Below the pieces are notes generated by a model. That model did not search any database. It was not told where the DNA came from and saw only the letters and a program-made list of their open reading frames with translations. From IMG/VR virus record IMGVR_UViG_3300015207_000448: a stretch of DNA of 15,945 nucleotides; one strand, written 5' to 3'. A program made the translations under genes and the position numbers. Shown here in pieces: positions 15,382 through 15,945 of the stretch. Source of the DNA: a virus. Its lineage: Duplodnaviria; Heunggongvirae; Uroviricota; Caudoviricetes. The first letter of the stretch is position 1, and every line of letters begins with the position of its first letter.

Positions 15382-15945
15382 ATGCGTAAACGCACAGAAC
15401 ATAATTCAAATGGTAATTTCTTTACTGATGAGGCCCTGATTGCCAGTTATAACCTTGTCAAAAAGACCATTACCGATTATACCGATGAACTGACACGTCG
15501 GTGTCGTTACAAAAGTGTTGTCAGTCAAGTTGAGAACGGCACCATTATGGATGACCGTTCCAGACTCATAGACCTATATGAAGCCTGCTATATCCAAAAT
15601 GCGCATCTTCAGGGTACCATTGCAACTTTGTTTTCCCAGCTCGTAGGCAAGCGATATATGTTTGCTCGTGAAGATAAGGACGGGAAATGGATAAGAGATC
15701 CCAAACAGTCAAAAATATGCCAAGGATCTCAGTTTGAAAAGATTATCAAAGGCATCATTGAAGCCGAATTATATGGCTATACTTTGCTGGAGATAATGCC
15801 TGAAATAGACCCTGAAACTGGATTGCTGAAAGAGGTCAACAGCATTGAACGTCGATGTGTCCTTCCTGATCAACGTCGTGTTGTTCAGCGTTGGTGTCAA
15901 TGGAGTCCGGGATGGGATTTAGATTCAGAACAGTATCGCCACAAC
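15382..15945 (+). CDS. Phage portal protein, Mu gp29-like / DUF935 family, 3'-truncated by the window edge
   Basis: Manual translation is open for 188 codons. 'RSRLIDLYEACYIQNAHLQG' and 'IIEAELYGYTLLEI...RRCVLP' match the DUF935 portal pattern seen in Bacteroidales phages. Confidence 0.75.
   Translation, partial: MRKRTEHNSNGNFFTDEALIASYNLVKKTITDYTDELTRRCRYKSVVSQVENGTIMDDRSRLIDLYEACYIQNAHLQGTIATLFSQLVGKRYMFAREDKDGKWIRDPKQSKICQGSQFEKIIKGIIEAELYGYTLLEIMPEIDPETGLLKEVNSIERRCVLPDQRRVVQRWCQWSPGWDLDSEQYRHN

Noticed and set aside
1-15945. Stop-codon reassignment as in some crAss-like or Lak phages
   Set aside because: Genes tile densely and end sensibly under the standard bacterial code.

Overview
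Segment of a large Bacteroidales (Bacteroides/Prevotella-like) phage or prophage. The host assignment is inferred from a DUF4494 gene, TAnnTTTG promoter boxes and A-rich start contexts. The window has four parts. (1) 1-6019: a leftward array of about 12 small, mostly hypothetical genes that is strongly depleted in GATC and looks like an early or first-entering region. (2) About 6020-8250: a long non-coding region with dense hairpins, AGTGAAAC inverted repeats, a 38-bp GC core flanked symmetrically by TCCCAG/CTGGGA motifs, and a ~100-nt T tract; it is a candidate origin or packaging terminus. (3) 8269-15222: mostly leftward operons encoding a winged-HTH protein, a 197-aa catalytic-domain-only tyrosine recombinase, a degenerate dUTPase, NUMOD1-like and KilA-N-like proteins, and DUF4494. 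A 16-bp motif (TGATGAAAGCAGTGTT on the minus strand) recurs at gene junctions here. (4) 15382 to the end: the start of a Mu gp29-like (DUF935) portal gene. All family calls come from motif recognition by eye; no database searches were run.
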